DNA from: Moniliella sp. 'wahieum'
Taxonomy: Eukaryota
Direction of reading: 5' to 3'
NCBI GenBank assembly: GCA_003971905.1
Contig: RSEE01000079.1
Span: forward strand, 248,001 to 312,000
DNA length: 64,000 bases
Positions 63,640 through 64,000 of the stretch are shown piece by piece. Numbering within the stretch: position 1 is the first letter of the stretch; each line of letters starts with the position of its first letter. Under the pieces are notes generated by a model. That model searched no databases. It was not told the DNA's origin and saw only the letters and a list, made by a program, of their open reading frames with translations. A program made the position numbers and the translations under genes.

Positions 63640-63990
63640 TCGGATGCCATGCATCATGCACCATGCACCATGCACCATGCAGTTTCATGTGACGACGGTG
63701 ACCGCTGATATTATGACAGAGCGGTGACAATCACATGTCACATGTCATCATGCATCATACATCATGCATCCTGTGACCTGTGACGTGGTGATCCATTCTG
63801 GCGTACCATGTACCACAGCAAACGTTTATAGCACTTGGTACCTTGGTAGCCATCCGCGATTCTTGCGCTCTGATGGTGCCTGTCACAAATGTCAGGCCCT
63901 GAAGCCCCGAGGCCTGACTGGGAGCCTCAGGCCTGTAGCCTCAGGCCTCAGGCCGGTCAAGCTTGCTTCAAGCTTCCAGCTTCAATGCAT
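63640..63990. repeat. Heptamer clusters at window end
   Basis: atgcatc-(atgcacc)3, (tcacatg)2-tcatcatgca, (tcaggcc)n and tcaagct. Confidence 0.8.
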
Positions 63991-64000
63991 CGAGACTGCG

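Overview
Eukaryotic, GC-rich fungal genomic DNA, most likely a basidiomycete (possibly Ustilaginomycotina; inferred from sparse GT..CTAAC..AG introns and protein style). Nearly every conserved gene is broken by single-base deletions, which looks like an unpolished long-read assembly, so CDS ends are approximate. Recognisable genes in order: SRV2/CAP, an MRX7-like small protein, a coiled-coil hypothetical protein, a truncated eIF4A-like DEAD-box protein with a degenerate Walker A, CDC42, ATG15, SPT8, an intron-containing tRNA-Asn(GTT), a DHA1 MFS transporter, an Skg3/Caf120-like PH protein, a sugar porter, BOS1, a divergent TOR kinase, MLH1 and a C2H2 zinc-finger factor, followed by a gene-poor last 10 kb. 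Mobile DNA includes non-autonomous Helitrons, solo LTRs with TSDs, a TIR MITE pair, and decayed DIRS-like, LINE and PIF1 fragments. The most striking unexplained signal is a strictly non-coding system of 7-nt-phased T-N-A lattices. Their 4-nt fillers are mostly palindromic, generating nearly all possible ANNNNT hexamers, and the promoter-proximal arrays read TCA on the sense strand of the adjacent gene. The TOR copy has substitutions at rapamycin-contact residues, the DFG motif and the FATC cysteine.
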